From Mobula hypostoma (lineage: Eukaryota): a DNA stretch of 64,000 nucleotides. The notes beneath the pieces were generated by a model, which worked only from the letters and a program-made list of their open reading frames with translations, was not told where the DNA came from and did no database searches. Both the position numbers and the translations under genes were made by a program. Positions 1 through 13,539 of this stretch are shown here, in pieces. The stretch spans positions 2,480,001 through 2,544,000 of the forward strand of contig NC_086108.1 in NCBI RefSeq assembly GCF_963921235.1. Direction: 5' to 3'. How positions within the stretch are numbered: the stretch's first letter is position 1; every line of letters starts with the position of its first letter.

Positions 1-2092
1 GTCTGTGTTGGGACCAATTCTTTTTACGGTATATGTCAGTCATTTGGATGTTGGAATTGATGGCTTTGTTGCAAAGTTTGCAGATGCTATGAAGATAGAT
101 GGAGGAGCAGGTAGTTTTGAAGAAGTAGAGAGGCTACAGAAGGACTTGTACAGATTAGGAGAATGGGCAAAGAAATGACAGCTGAAATACAGTGTCGGGA
201 AGTGTATGGTCATGTAGTTTGGTAGAAGAAATGAAAGGGGTGACTATTTTCTAAGTGGAGAGAAAATAGTCAAATCTGAGGTGCATAGGGACTTGGGAGT
301 CCATGTGCAAGATTCTCTAAAGGTTAATTTGGAGGTTGAATCTGTGCTGAGGAAGGCAAATGCAGTGTTCGCATTTATTTCAAAAGGACTAGAATATAAA
401 AGCAAGGATGTAATGTTGAAAACTTCATAAAGCACTGATGAGGCCCCACTTGGAATATTGTGAGCAGATTTGGGTGCCTTATCTTAGAAAAGATGTGCTG
501 AAATTGGAGAGGGTTCAAAGGAGGTTCATGAAAATAATTCCAGGATTGAAAACACAAAATAATCTGCAGATGCTGGGGTCAAAGCAACACTCACAACACG
601 CTGGAGGATCTCAGCAGGTTGGGCAGCATCCGTGGAAAAGATCGGTCGACTTTTTAGGCCAGAACCCTTCGTCAGGACTGTAGGGGGAAGGGGCAGAGGC
701 TCTATAAAGAAGGTGGGGGGAGGGTGGGAAGGAGAAGGCTGGTAGGTTCCAGGTGAAAAACCAGTAAGGGGAAAGATAAAGGGGTGGGGGAAGGGAGGCA
801 GGGAGGTGATAGGCAGGAAAAGTGAAGAAGGAATAGGGGAAAACACAATGGGTAGTAGAAGGAGGCGGAACCAAGAGGGAGGTGGTAGGCAGGGGGGAGG
901 GGGCAGAGTGACATAGGGATAGGGGAAGGGAAGGGGAGGGAATTACTGGAAGTTGGAGAATTCTATGTTCATACCAAGGGGCTAGAGACTACCTAGGGGG
1001 TATATGAGGTGTTGCTCCTCCAACCTGAGTTTAGCCTCATCATGGCAGTAGAGGAGGCCATGTATAGACATATCTGAATGGGAGTGGGAAGCAGAGTTGA
1101 AGTGGGTGGCTACTGGGAGATCCTGTCTGTATTGACGGATGGAGCGGAGGTGCTCGACGAAGCGGTTCCCCAATCTGCGTCGGGTTTCACCAATATAGAG
1201 GAGGCTGCATCGGGAGCACAGGATGCAATAGATGACCCCAACAGACTCACAAGTGAAGTGTTGCCTCACTTGGAAGTACTGTCTGGGGCCCTGAATGGTG
1301 GCAAGAGAGGAGGTGTAGCACTTGCGCTTACAGGGATAAGTGCCAGGTGGGAGATCCGTGGGGAGGGACGTGTGGACCAGGGAGTCGCGGAGGGACCGAT
1401 CCCTGCGGAAGGCAGAGAGGGGTGGAGAGGGAAAGATGTGCTTAGTGGTGGGATCCTGTCGAAGGTGGCGGAAGTTGCAGAGGATAATGTGCTGGATCCG
1501 GAGGCTGGTGGGGTGGTAGGTGAGGACAAGGAGAACTCTGTCCCTGTTGTGGTGGCGGGAGGATGGGGTGAGAGCCGAAGTGCGGGAAATGGAGGAGATG
1601 CGGGTGAGGGCATCATTGATGACAGCAGAAGGGACAGCAGAAATTCCAGGGTTGAATGGCTTGTCATTTGAAGAGTGTCTGATGGCTCTGGGCCTATATT
1701 CACTGGAATTCAGAAGAATGAGGGGTGACCTATTTGAAACCTATCGAATCGTGAAAGGGCTTGATAGAGTGGATGTGGAGAGGATGTTTCCTATGGTGGA
1801 CTGGTCCAAGACCAGAAGACGCTGCGTTAGAATAGAGGGGTGTCCTTTTAGAATGGAGATGAGGAGGAATTTCTTTAGCCAGACAGTGGTGAATCTGTGG
1901 AATTCTTTGCCACAAGCAGCTGTGGAGGTCAAGCCTTTATATTTAAGGCAGAGGTTGATAGATTCTTGGTGGATCAGGGCATGAAAGGATATGGGGAGAA
2001 GGCGGGATGTTGGGGCTGAGAGGAAAATTGGATCAGCCATGGTAAAATGGTGGAGCAAACTCAAGGGGTCAGATGGCCTAATTATGCTCCAA
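1..2092 (+). mobile_element. CR1 LINE 3' fragment (RT C-terminus and 3' UTR), split by a PLE at 551-1641
   Basis: Degenerate VAKFAD, RPHLEYC and YSLEFRRMRGDL motifs. The sequence resumes after the duplicated aattccagg(a/g)ttgaa. Confidence 0.88.
551..1641 (-). mobile_element. Penelope-like element 3' fragment (GIY-YIG endonuclease and terminal repeat)
   Basis: ORF 982-1269 has GVIYCILC..C.LLYIGETRRRLGNRFVEH (GIY-YIG). The tail carries a degenerate hammerhead core (ctgacgaaggg on -). A 15-bp duplication flanks it at 536-550 and 1642-1656. Confidence 0.88.
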
Positions 2093-2295
2093 TACGAGGG
2101 GTGATTGATAAGTTCGTGGCCTAAGGTAGAAAGAGTCAATTTTAGAAAACGTAGCCCATTTATTTTTCAACACAGTCCCCTCCTACATGTATACACTTAG
2201 TCCAGCGGTTGTGCAGCATACAGATCCCTTCTTTGTAGAAGTGGTCCACAGCAGAGGTGAATGATAAGTTCGTGGCCTAAGGTAGAAGGAGATGA
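2093..2295. mobile_element. Possible mariner-type terminal fragment / MITE remnant
   Basis: Starts TA-cgagggg..., typical of mariner ends. The motif tgataagttcgtggcctaaggtagaa occurs twice. No opposite TIR found. Confidence 0.4.
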
Positions 2296-2553
2296 GTAAA
2301 AGTAAATGTGCTAGACTGCTCAAAAACAGTTTTTTAAAAAAAGTAACCAGAATCAAGGAACACGTGCAACAGGAACCTGAAATTCCCCTAAAATGAACCT
2401 ACAGCCTCTCTGATCAATTCTTACAACATGGATCCCAAGACTCCTGCACTCCGACAGCAACTAGCAAGAGGAAGAGGAAGATCGGTCAAACGCTGGCAGA
2501 CGGTGCCAAGCACCTGCTAGTCCTCCATTCTCATTCATGTTAACTTCAACCTT

Positions 2554-3568
2554 GCTCAATGCCCGAATCGGAGAGAAGCCATGGAGTCGAACATGGGCTC
2601 ACGGCCTCAACGCCTCAATCAGAGAGAAGCCATGGAGTCAATCATGGGCTCACGCCCTCAACGCCTCAATCAGAGAGAAGCCATGGAGTCAATCATGGGC
2701 TCACGCCCTCAACGCCTCAATCAGAGAGAAGCCATGGAGTCAATCATGGGCTCACGCCCTCAACGCCTCAATCAGAGAGAAGCCATGGAGTCAATCATGG
2801 GCTCACGCCCTCAACGCCTCAATCAGAGAGAAGCCATGGAGTCAATCATGGGCTCACGCCCTCAACGCCTCAATCAGAGAGAAGCCATGGAGTCGAACAT
2901 GGGCTCACGCCCTCAACGCCTCAATCAGAGAGAAGCCATGGAGTCAATCATGGGCTCACGCCCTCAACGCCTCAATCAGAGAGAAGCCATGGAGTCGAAC
3001 ATGGGCTCACGCCCTCAACGCCTCAATCAGAGAGAAGCCATGGAGTCAATCATGGGCTCACGCCCTCAACGCCTCAATCAGAGAGAAGCCATGGAGTCAA
3101 TCATGGGCTCACGCCCTCAACGCCTCAATCAGAGAGAAGCCATGGAGTCAATCATGGGCTCACGCCCTCAACGCCTCAATCAGAGAGAAGCCATGGAGTC
3201 AATCATGGGCTCACGCCCTCAACGCCTCAATCAGAGAGAAGCCATGGAGTCGAACATGGGCTCACGCCCTCAACGCCTCAATCAGAGAGAAGCCATGGAG
3301 TCAATCATGGGCTCACGCCCTCAACGCCTCAATCAGAGAGAAGCCATGGAGTCGAACATGGGCTCACGGCCTCAACGCCTCAATCAGAGAGAAGCCATGG
3401 AGTCGAACATGGGCTCACGCCCTCAACGCCTCAATCAGAGAGAAGCCATGGAGTCGAACATGGGCTCACGCCCTCAACGCCTCAATCAGAGAGAAGCCAT
3501 GGAGTCGAACATGGGCTCACGCCCTCAACGCCTCAATCAGAGAGAAGCCATGGAGTCGAACATGGGCT
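2554..3568 (+). repeat. 51-bp minisatellite, about 20 copies, two interspersed variants
   Basis: Unit agagagaagccatggagtc(aat/gaa)catgggctcacgccctcaacgcctcaatc. It shows as a 17-aa periodicity in all three + frames. Confidence 0.97.
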
Positions 3569-4284
3569 TGAGTCCTTGATGCCACAATTGGAAAGAACCA
3601 ATAAGGTTGATCATGGGCTTGTGCCCTCAGGTCTCAGTTGGAGAGAAGCAAGGGAGTTGATCCTGTCTCCAGTCTGCACACTCCTCTCCAAACCTCACTG
3701 AACTCCCTCAGAGACAGCAAAACGCCAGATCGCTCAATTGGTCCAAAAATGCACCATCAAAATGTAAATCGCAGGTTCCAATCGCATGCAGCTTAGTAGC
3801 AGAATCATATTTGGAAGAAGAAGTGAAAGTAGGTTTGTAAACTGTCTGCAGGACTTCGCCTTTGGTCGCATTATTCGCTGGCGCCACCTTGAAGATATCA
3901 GGGACTTTTCCAGTGGATCTAGAACATTAACCATATTTCTCTTTCATAGGTGCTACTTGACCTGAAAAGTGTCTGTACCCTTTTCTCTTTTCAATCACTA
4001 AATGCAAAAATGATGTTTTATTGCTCCTTACTGAATTGCATTAATGAAGTGTTTGTCCAAAGATCAAAATGAATTTATTATCAAGATATGTATATGCTAC
4101 CATATACTGCCTTGAGATTCATTTTTCTTGCAGGCATTGCAGGGGGAAAAACATACAGTAGAATTTATGAAAAATTATATTTACATAGACAATGACTGAC
4201 AAACAACCAATGTGCAAAAGAAGATAAGCTGTGCAAATAAAAACATAATACTGAGAACATGAATTCCATCTCTGAAACTTAGCT

Positions 4285-7155
4285 AAAGGATGGCTGCCAT
4301 TGAGAGCTGAACATCTAAGGATATACGGTGTGTCGGAAAGATAGGATAGTAGGCAGAGGGGGTGGTGTGGCCCTGTGTATAAGAAATAATATTAAATCAT
4401 TAGAAAGGGATGACATAGGATCAGAAGGTATGGAGTCTCTATAGATTGAGTTAAGAAATGCTAAAAGGACCCTAATGTACAGGCCTCCAAACAGCAGCCA
4501 GAGGTAGATTAAAAATTGCAGCGTGAGATGGAAAAGACATGTCCGAAGGGCAATGTCATGATAATCATTGGGGATTTTAACATGAAATTGGGTTGGAAAA
4601 ACCAAGCCAGTACTGGGCCTCAAGAGAGAATTTGTAGAATTTTTAAGGGATGGATTTTTAGAATGCTTGTTGTTGAGCGCAGTAGGGGATCAGCTGTGCT
4701 GGATTGGGTGTTGTGCAATGATCCTGAAGTGATAAGAGAGCTCAAGTTTAAGGAACTCTTGGGGAACAGTGATCACAATATGATTGAGTTCACTTTGAAA
4801 TTTGAGAAGGAGAAACTAAAATTCAATGTATTGGTATTTCAGTAGAATAAAGGAAATTACAATGGCACGAGAGGGGAACTGGCCAAGGTTGACTGGAAAG
4901 AGACACTAGCAGTAAGGGCAGCAGAGCAGAAATGGCTGGAGTTTCTGTGAAAAATGAGGGAAGTGCAAGACAGATATTTTCCAAATAAGAAGAAATTTTC
5001 AAATGGAAGAAGAATACTACCGTGGCGACACGTGAGGTCAGAGCCAAAGCAAAAGCTAAAGAGAGGGTATACAAGGAAGCCAAAGCTAGTGGGAAGTTAG
5101 AGAATCGGGAAGCTTTTAAAAATTTGCAGAAGGAAACTAAGGAGGTCATTAGGAAGGAAAAGATGAATTATGAAAGGAAGCTGGTGACTAATATCAAAGA
5201 CACTAAAAGCTTTTTTAAGTATATAAGGGGTAAAAGAGAGTTGAGGGTAGTTCTAGGACCAATACAAGATGACACTGGAGATATTGTAATGAGAGACACA
5301 GAGATGGCAGAGGAACTGAATGGGTTTTTTGCAGTATTCAAGCGTGTCAAGAAAGTGAAGTATGTGCAGTGAAAATTACGACTGAAAAGGTACTCAGGAG
5401 GCTTAATGGTCTGAGGGTGGATAAATCTCCTGGACCTGATGGAATGCACCCTCAGGTTCTGAAGGAAGTAGCTGGAGAGATTGGGGAGGCATTAACGATG
5501 ATCTTTCAAGAATCGATAGATTCTGGCATTGTACCGGATGACTGGAAAATTGCAAATGTTACTCCCCTATTTAAGAAGGGTGGGAGGCAGCAGAAAGGAA
5601 ACTATAGCCTGACATCAGTGGGTGGGAAGTTGTTGGAATCGATTGTTAGGGATGAGATTACGGAGCACCTGGAGGCATACGACAAGATAGGCCAAAGCCA
5701 GCATAGTTTCCTGAAAGAAAAGTCCTGCCTGACAAACCTACTGCAATTTTTTGAGGAAATAACAAGCAGGGTAGACAAAGGAGATACAGTAGATGTGGTG
5801 TACTTGGATTTTCAGAAGGCCTTTGACAAGGTGCCGTGCATAAGGCTGCTTAGCAAGATAAGAGCCCATGGAATTACAGGGAAGTTACTAGCATTGGAGC
5901 ATTGGCTGATCAGCAGAAAACAGAGTGGGAATAAAGGGAAACAACAGGAATTCTGCAGATGCTGGAAATTCAAGCAACACACAAAAGTTGCTGGTGAACA
6001 CAGCAGGCCGGGCAGCATCTCTAGAAATAGGTATAGTCGACGTTTCAGGCCCAGACCCTGAAACGTCGACTGTACCTATTCCTAGAGATGCTGCCTGGCC
6101 TGCTGCGATCACCAGCAACTTTTATGTGTGTTGGGAATAAAGGGATCCTATTCTGGCTGGCTGCTAGTTACCAGTAGAATCCTACAGAGGTCAATGATGG
6201 CACTGCTGCTTTTTACGATGTACGTCAATGACTTGGACTATGTGATTAATGGAATTGTGGCTAAATTTGCTGATGATACAAAAATAGGTGGAGGAGCGGG
6301 TAGTGTTGAGGAAACAGAGAGCCTGAAGAGAGACTTAGTTCAGGGGAATGGGCAAAGAAGTGGCCAATGAAATACAATGTTGGAAAGTGTATGATCATGC
6401 ACTTTGGTGGAAGAAATAAACGGGCAAACTATTAGTTAGATGGGGAGAGAATTCAAAATGCAGAGATGCAAAGGGACTTTGGGAGTCCTTGTGCAGGATA
6501 CCGTAAAGGTTAACCTCTAGGTTGAGTTGGTGGTGCAGAAGGCAAATGCAATGTTACATTCATTTCTAGAAGTATAGAATATAAGAGCAGGAATGTGATG
6601 TTGAGGCTCTATAAGGTACTTGTCAGACCACACTTGGAGTATTGTATGAGTTTTGGGCTAATTTTGGAAAGGTTGTACTGACATTGGTGAGGGTTCAGAA
6701 AAGATTCACAGGAATGATTCCAGGAATGAAAGGGTTACCATATGAGGAACGTTTGACAGCTCTTGGGCTAAATTCCCTGGAGTTCGGGAGAATGAGGGGA
6801 TCTGATTGAAACATTCCAAATGTTAAAAGGCCTGAACAGATTTGATATGGCAAAGTTATTTCCCATGGTAGGGGAGTCTAGGACTAGAGGGCACAACTTC
6901 AGGATTGAAGGATGTCTTTTTGGAACAGAGATGCGGAGAAATTACTTTAGTCGAAGGGTGGTAAATTTGTAGAATTTTTTGCCACGAGTGGCTGTGGAGG
7001 CCAAGTCATTGGGTGCATTTAAGGCAGATATAGATAGTTTCTTGATTAGCCAAGGCATCAAAGGGTGTGGGGAGAAGCAGGGGAGTGGGGATGACTGGAA
7101 GAATTGGATCTGCCCGTGATTGAATGGCCTACTTCTGCTCCGGTATCTTATAGTC
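4285..7155 (+). mobile_element. CR1 LINE ORF2 (APE endonuclease and RT) with 3' UTR, degenerate
   Basis: GDFN and SDHN (APE); KSPGPDG, SCLTNLLQFFE, YLDFQKAFDKV and KFADDTK (RT). Multiple frameshifts and stops. Confidence 0.93.
5940..6131. mobile_element. Short fold-back (palindromic) PLE terminal-repeat insertion
   Basis: Inverted arms of about 73 bp around the loop cccagac. Perfect 14-bp TSD tgggaataaaggga at 5926-5939 and 6132-6145. Confidence 0.88.
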
Positions 7156-7159
7156 TTAA

Positions 7160-7880
7160 GGAGTTGAAAGTCCATAGGTTGAGTCATTTCTGAGTTGAGA
7201 TGAGTGAAGTTATCCACTCCAGTTCAGTTACCTGATAGTTGTAGGGTAATACTGCCTGTGTGGAACCAAAGGCTTCTGTACCTTCTGCCAGATGGTAGTA
7301 GTGAGGAGAGGGGATAGCCTGGATAGTGGAGATTTCTGATGGATGCTGTTTTATTGTGCACACTCCATGTAAATATGCTCAATGATGGGGAGAGCTTTTG
7401 TGGTGTTGGACTGGGTTGTATCCACCACTGTTCAGAGCTAAGGTGAGTGAAGTTATCAGTGTTGGTTCAGGAGCCTGATGGTTGAAGGTTAATAACTCTT
7501 CTTGAACTTGGTGGTGTGGGGCCTGAGGCTTCTGCCCGATGATGGTGAGAAGAGGTCCTGGTCTGGATAGATTCTGCTTTCTTGTGCCATGCTCCATGTA
7601 AATTGTACTCAGTGGTGAGGAGGGTTTTTCATGTGTTGGATTGGGCTGTATCCAGTACTTTCTGTAGCCTTTTCCATTCCTGGCCATTGGTGTTTCCATA
7701 CCAGGCCATGACTCAACCAGTCTGGATACTCTTCTCTGCGCATCTATAGAAATTTGTCAGTTTTATCTGAGGTTATGAATTAAAGTGCAAAATTCTAAGA
7801 AAGTAGAGGTGCTGCATTGTCTGATTAGTGATGACACTTGTGTGCTGGTCCCAGGACAAATTCTCTTACATGTTAAATCC
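7160..7880 (-). mobile_element. Rex1/Babar-type LINE 3' fragments
   Basis: Degenerate matches to the TTRFRNSYYPSAIRLLN-type C-terminus that is clearer at 18909-19139. Confidence 0.6.
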
Positions 7881-9570
7881 GAGGGATTAATGTTATTGTT
7901 GTGTTGCTGCACTACCCTCAGCTATGATGCAATTATTTTATGCATCGTATTTGTGCACAGATCCACCTAATGCAGTAAGATTACTGCAGCCCATTTTGAA
8001 ATACTGCTTCATCAATAATTAATGGGGGGGGGAATGTCGACTCAGACCATGAGAGGCCTGCGTCGGGCATTTTCATGCCTTACAAGGTGCAGATCAATAA
8101 TTAATAGATTGAGTTAAAATTTCCAAGGATAGTGTGTTCTGCCACGGTGGTACGAGAATCTGAGTTTTATTTTACAATCTGGCATTTAAAAATAAAGTGG
8201 AACCACACAGTGAGCTATGTTGTAGTTTTAAACCACTTTTTATAAAGCTGTTTACATTGTCAATACATACTGGGATTTATTCCAAATCCATACTTCTAAC
8301 TTGATTTTTGCTTAATTCTTTATAATTGTTGAATGTTGTTTTTTTTGTGTTACATGTTGTGTCCTGACCAACGCACCACAGCAAATTCCTAATACATGTA
8401 AATGTATATGCTGAATAAGTTGATCCTTATTGTGTAACTGGATACCTAACTTGAAAAGTAAACCTCTTTTCAGTAATTACTCTGGCCTATATTGTCTCCT
8501 GTCCCACAATGTCTTAACTAGTATCTTTTCAAGTTCGTTCAACCATACACATGCACACAAATATTATTATATGTGCTATATGTTCAAAGTATATTTTATT
8601 ACCAAAGTACATATAAATTAAACAACCTTAAGATTCGTACCTCTGGGAACAAAGTGCAAAACACAGTACGTAACAAAACACAAAATGCTGGAGGAACTCA
8701 GCAAGCCAGGCAGCATCTGTGGAAAAGAGTATAGTTTCGGGCTGAGACCCTTCAGCAGTACAGAGACCACATATCAGCATTTTTTTATGCACTAGCAATA
8801 ACAATCGTATTTGGAAAATTGTGGTAAATGATCACAGCAAATAATGAAGAGGCAAGCAAAGGCAAGGCTGATCCGAGGGTCAAGGCGCAGGTGCGAAACA
8901 GAGCCGGAGCAAGTTGGAAGTATGCTTCAGGAGAAGATGGAGTTGGAGACAGAATCAGACACATATCTGAGTGGGGAGAAAAAGCTGAAGTGGAGCTGTT
9001 TTGGAGCCCACCCATCTAAACTGGGAGCGGGATTTGATCTATCTAAGCGCCGCACTGATTTGGAAAGGTCGAGTACACGCCGGAAGCAGCTCAGAGCGTA
9101 TCACTGTGGCGGGGCCTGGCTCCAAGTTCGGGGAATAACACAGTGCTTGGATAATTTAGACTCCCGGCTGGATGGACTGAAAAGGCAAGATGTCGAGACT
9201 GGAGGCAAGGGTTGAGCCGGTTCTGTTCTGCGACGTTTTAGTCTGCTCTGCTTGATGCTGAGGTTGTGTCATGCCCTGACTGTTCTGGTCTTAGTGTCTG
9301 CGAGCTTCGAGGCAATTTCCCTCTTTGTGAGATGAACTGAGAATATGGGCCTACTCCGGCTGCTCCCGACTTCGGGTTCATAGATCAATTTCATTCTGGA
9401 TGCTGATGCTTGCTTTAATGTTTGCACGATATGATTTGTTATCTTTTCTCTGCACATTGGGTGTTCATCTTGTTTTTGGGTTTTTTGCATTGTGGCTGCC
9501 TATAAGCAAACGAATTTCAAAGTTGTATGAGTATACCTACAGCACATACCACAACATTAACACACAGTAC

Positions 9571-9885
9571 GGCACGGTAGCATAGTGATTCACACACTTT
9601 ACAGTAGAGGTGGCCCGGGTTCAATTCCCACCGCTTCTTGTAAGGGGTTTGTATGTTCTCTGTAGTGGTTAGCACAGCGCCTTACAGTGCAGGTGGCGGG
9701 TTCAATTCCCACCACTGTCTATAAGGAGTTTGTACGTTTTCCCTGTGACTGCGTGGGTTTCCTCTGGGTGCTCTGGTTTATTCCCACAGTCCAAAGACGT
9801 ACCGGTTGGTAGGTTAATTGGTCATTGTAAATTGTCCCGTGATGAGACTAGAGTTAAATCTGGGACTGCACTGTATCTCAATAAA
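9571..9885 (+). mobile_element. tRNA-derived V-SINE with duplicated head
   Basis: B-box-like gggttcaattccc occurs twice, followed by the V-domain gtgggtttcctctgggtgctctggttt..cccacagtccaaagac. Confidence 0.8.
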
Positions 9886-12800
9886 TAATATTAACAGATA
9901 TTTTAAAAATATATGACATTTAGTTAAATATACAACAGTAGATTGCTACTGGCACTGTCATAAATAATGTATACTGAGTGGTAACAGCGTGTTCCCAAGT
10001 CTCTCAGCCTGGGAGAGGAAGCTGTTACCCAGCCTAACGGTCCTTGTTCTCATCCTGCATTACCTTCTGCCTGATGGTAGGAAGTCAGCAAGATTGTGGG
10101 ACAGATGTTTGAACACCAGTCACTTTCGCCAAGTCACAAGTGGGATCTTGTGCTCAACAGGGTCTGCCCCTGACTGGCAGGGAGATCAAAAGAATCTGCA
10201 TCCATTCTCCCTCCCTCCCCCCCCGTCCCCCCTTCCCCCCCCCACCCTTACCCCTCCCCTCCTCTCTCCATGCGTCTTGGATCTGGTAGACATTCATTTT
10301 CCCTGTGTCAGTTTCTGATTTTGACTTGGGTGCAGAGCCTAAATGCCTTGTGAAATGGAGCTTTCTTGAGATGCCTCGTCCAGTAATAGTATTTGACGCA
10401 GTGTAATTGATTTAATTTTACATGAGGTATTAAGCAATTCTTGGAGGTGGTGTAGGATTTAAAATCTTCCTTTCTCTGAGGCATTTTATCCTGGAAATGT
10501 AATAGCAATTTTGTCTGAGTGGTTGGGGGGAGGGGGTGTGTGCAAGAGGAATGCTAAATTCTACAGTGTTAACATCATTTGGTCTGAATGTTGGTTTTAA
10601 AGATTGTTTTGAATGCCTGACTATATTTGTCACTGAGTGTTACAGCAATGTGTAAAATACTGCTGAGCTAATTCATCTTGGTATATTTCTTATTGCATGA
10701 AACATCTTTATTTGCCATGAACAGCTGGAATGAGGCCTAATCCAACTCACTTGCTTCAACCATATTTGCTCACTTCAGACAAAGGAAATGCAACAGACTG
10801 ATATACTTAGATGCCAGGGTACATGATTTGAAATGTTCATCAAAATATAACGTGGTAAAAATTTGAGACTATTTCTCAATTAGGTTGGAGCAGTTCTACC
10901 CGCTGCTCTGGGCTTTGTGTCTGCGGACCCTTCGACGTTTACTGGGCCATGAGTTAAACTGACACTGTGGCCTGTGGCCTGCTCCAGCTGCTCTGGGCTT
11001 TGTGTCTGCGGGCCCCATGATATTTACTCTGTGATGAGCTGAACAGAGGCGGTGCCCTGCTCTGAGCTTCACATCTGAGGACTCACTTTTTGCACTAAAT
11101 GCTACGGGCTTTATTTTATTGTTTGCATGATTTGTTTCTTTTTCTCTCTGTACATTAGGTGATTGATCTCAAGGTTCTATAAATGTATACATACTTTGAT
11201 TTTTAATATGCTCTGAACTTTGACCACTGAAATAAATTGTTCATTCTATCAGATTATTTTATTTATTGCATGTACATTGAAACAGACAGTGAAATGGGTC
11301 ATTGGTGTTAATAACCATCACACCTAAGGATGTGCTGCAGGCATCCCTCAAGTGTCCTTATTTAGAGAATCAGCACAGAATAGGCCTTTTTGGCCCTTCG
11401 AGCTGTGCTGCCTCAACGACCCCAGACAACCCTAATTTAACCCTAGCCTATTCACGGGACAATATACAATGACCAATTGACCAACCAGTATGTCTTCAGG
11501 CTGTAGGAGGAAACCTGCGGACCAGAGAGGGAATATCTGCGCATTCTATTGGGAGGACTTATGAGATTCCTTACAGAGAACGCTGGAATTTCTTAATGCA
11601 TGTATGCATTTCTAAATGACAATAAAAGAGGACTGAGTGTTCTCATAATGTCAAAAATCTAAATCTAATTGAATTCAGAGCACTGGCATCCCAAGCTGTA
11701 ATAGTGTGGTGCCATCCGCTACACTGCGTGTTGCCGCACATTTTGTCACCAGATGGTATGCCCACGATGCTTGGCCAAACAACACAGAACACAGCAAGCA
11801 ATGAACAACAACAGCAAAACAAGCCCCTTTTCCTCCCTCCCTCCCTCCCTCCCTCCCACCCACACACATGGACAGTCCTCCAACTCCATGACAGGTTTCC
11901 AGGCTTCGGTCATTGGGCTTCGACTTCTGCTCTTACGATCGACCTTCAATATCGATCCCCCTTTGACAGCTTTGATCCAGCTTTGACAGAACCCCGAACT
12001 CTGGATGTGTCAAATGACTGGCCCTCCTGCCTTCTCGCATCCATTCCCAGGGCCCACCAACCTGGGATGGTCCGATATGTGCAGATGTCCTTCGTCATTA
12101 GCCTTTGAGTGTGGAGCAGAAATGTAAACTCTGAATTTAGAACTCCACGTCATTGGCATTCATACATGGAGTGGAGGCCTGACCCCTTACTCCACATTCT
12201 TAACCCTAAACTCTAATCTCTAACTCCTATGGCTGTCCCTAAAACCATCCTGATGAACTTCAACAAAGCAACTAAGACCAAGCCTCAATCTCGACAGGGA
12301 CCAAGACTCACCGTCTTCTTGACCGCTTATGGCTGAGTGTTGACATCTGCTGCTTATTTCTGTTGTAAGCCCTTATCAGCACACTTATCTGAGCAAGCCA
12401 AAATGAACTTGCTTGATCTCTTCAGGGTGTTGTAGTACTTGGGGTTCTTCTCAGCTGACATCATTTGATAAGAAGGATCAGCTTTATTTACCACACGTCC
12501 GTTGAAATATTCAGTGAATTGCATCAACGACCAACACAGTCGGAGGATGTGCTGTCAGTCAACCCACAAGTGTTGCTATGTTTTGGCGCCAGCAATGCAT
12601 GTCCATTGCTCGTTAACCCTAATCCATAGGGTTTTGGATTAGCAGAGAAGGAGTGCCGGGTTACGTGGGGGGCGGGGGGGGGGGATGTGGGTGCTGACAG
12701 ACCAAGCCCTGAGACACCAAGCAAGGTCATTTGATTCCAAATAACTGGTTTATTGATCATTATAAAATGTCTCTCCGATGCTTCCTGCTCCTTCCCTTCC

Positions 12801-13539
12801 CTTTTTCCCAACCATGATTCCTCTGTCAGTCCATAATAGAAACCCCTAACAGAAATAGTGCAATACATAAAATTACTAAAGTACTGTACAAAGGTCTTAG
12901 GCACCCTAGCTCTATATGTGTGGCTAAGACTTTTGCACAATACTGCATGTCTTATGATCTTTTTACCCAAGTAAACCTCTAATAATCTGTTCCCTAACTC
13001 AGTATAGTCTCCTTTTCTGTGTATCCTTTTTAAAGCTTTTGGTTGACAATATCAACCACAGATTTGCATGGTTCTCTTCTGATAACTCCCTAAACAAACA
13101 TATTGAAATAGACGCTATCTACAAACCCCGAAGAACCAAAGAAATGCGAGCCAGTAGAAGTCAGGTCAACTGAAGGGGTAGCCAGTCAGAACCGAGGCAA
13201 GCAAATGGGGGTGGGGGAGGCCTATATAAACAGAGAGAAGCACCAACAACTGTACACTAAGGATGTCACCTTGACTGGTGATGAAATGTTTGCAAGCTAA
13301 TTGCCAAGTTCAGTGAACACCTCAAGATCAAATGCCTCAAACTGAGTTGCCAATATTCTCCACCTTCCTAACAACAATCTATCAACCACACATTTGAAGT
13401 TAACAGATGATGTGAAATCCATTGTTTTGTATCTATAACTCCTTCCATAAATTTACTATACTTGTGTGTAGTATGGAAACGGGCTCTTTGGATCATCTTG
13501 TTCATGCTCACTGTGTTGCCCAGCTAGTGAGTCCCATCT

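Noticed and set aside
2554..3568. CRISPR array or repetitive protein gene (three ORFs of 330-380 aa)
   Set aside because: The units are contiguous with no unique spacers and no cas genes nearby. The ORFs arise because the 51-bp unit is stop-free and a multiple of 3. The context is an intronic TE.
9571..9720. tRNA genes (also ~24705 and ~45880)
   Set aside because: A/B-box heads run straight into SINE bodies; no complete cloverleaf.
10900..11085. Two to three diverged ~85-bp tandem units (gctgctctgggctttgtgtctgcgg)
   Set aside because: Appears to be internal repetition of a common dispersed element; too degenerate to interpret.
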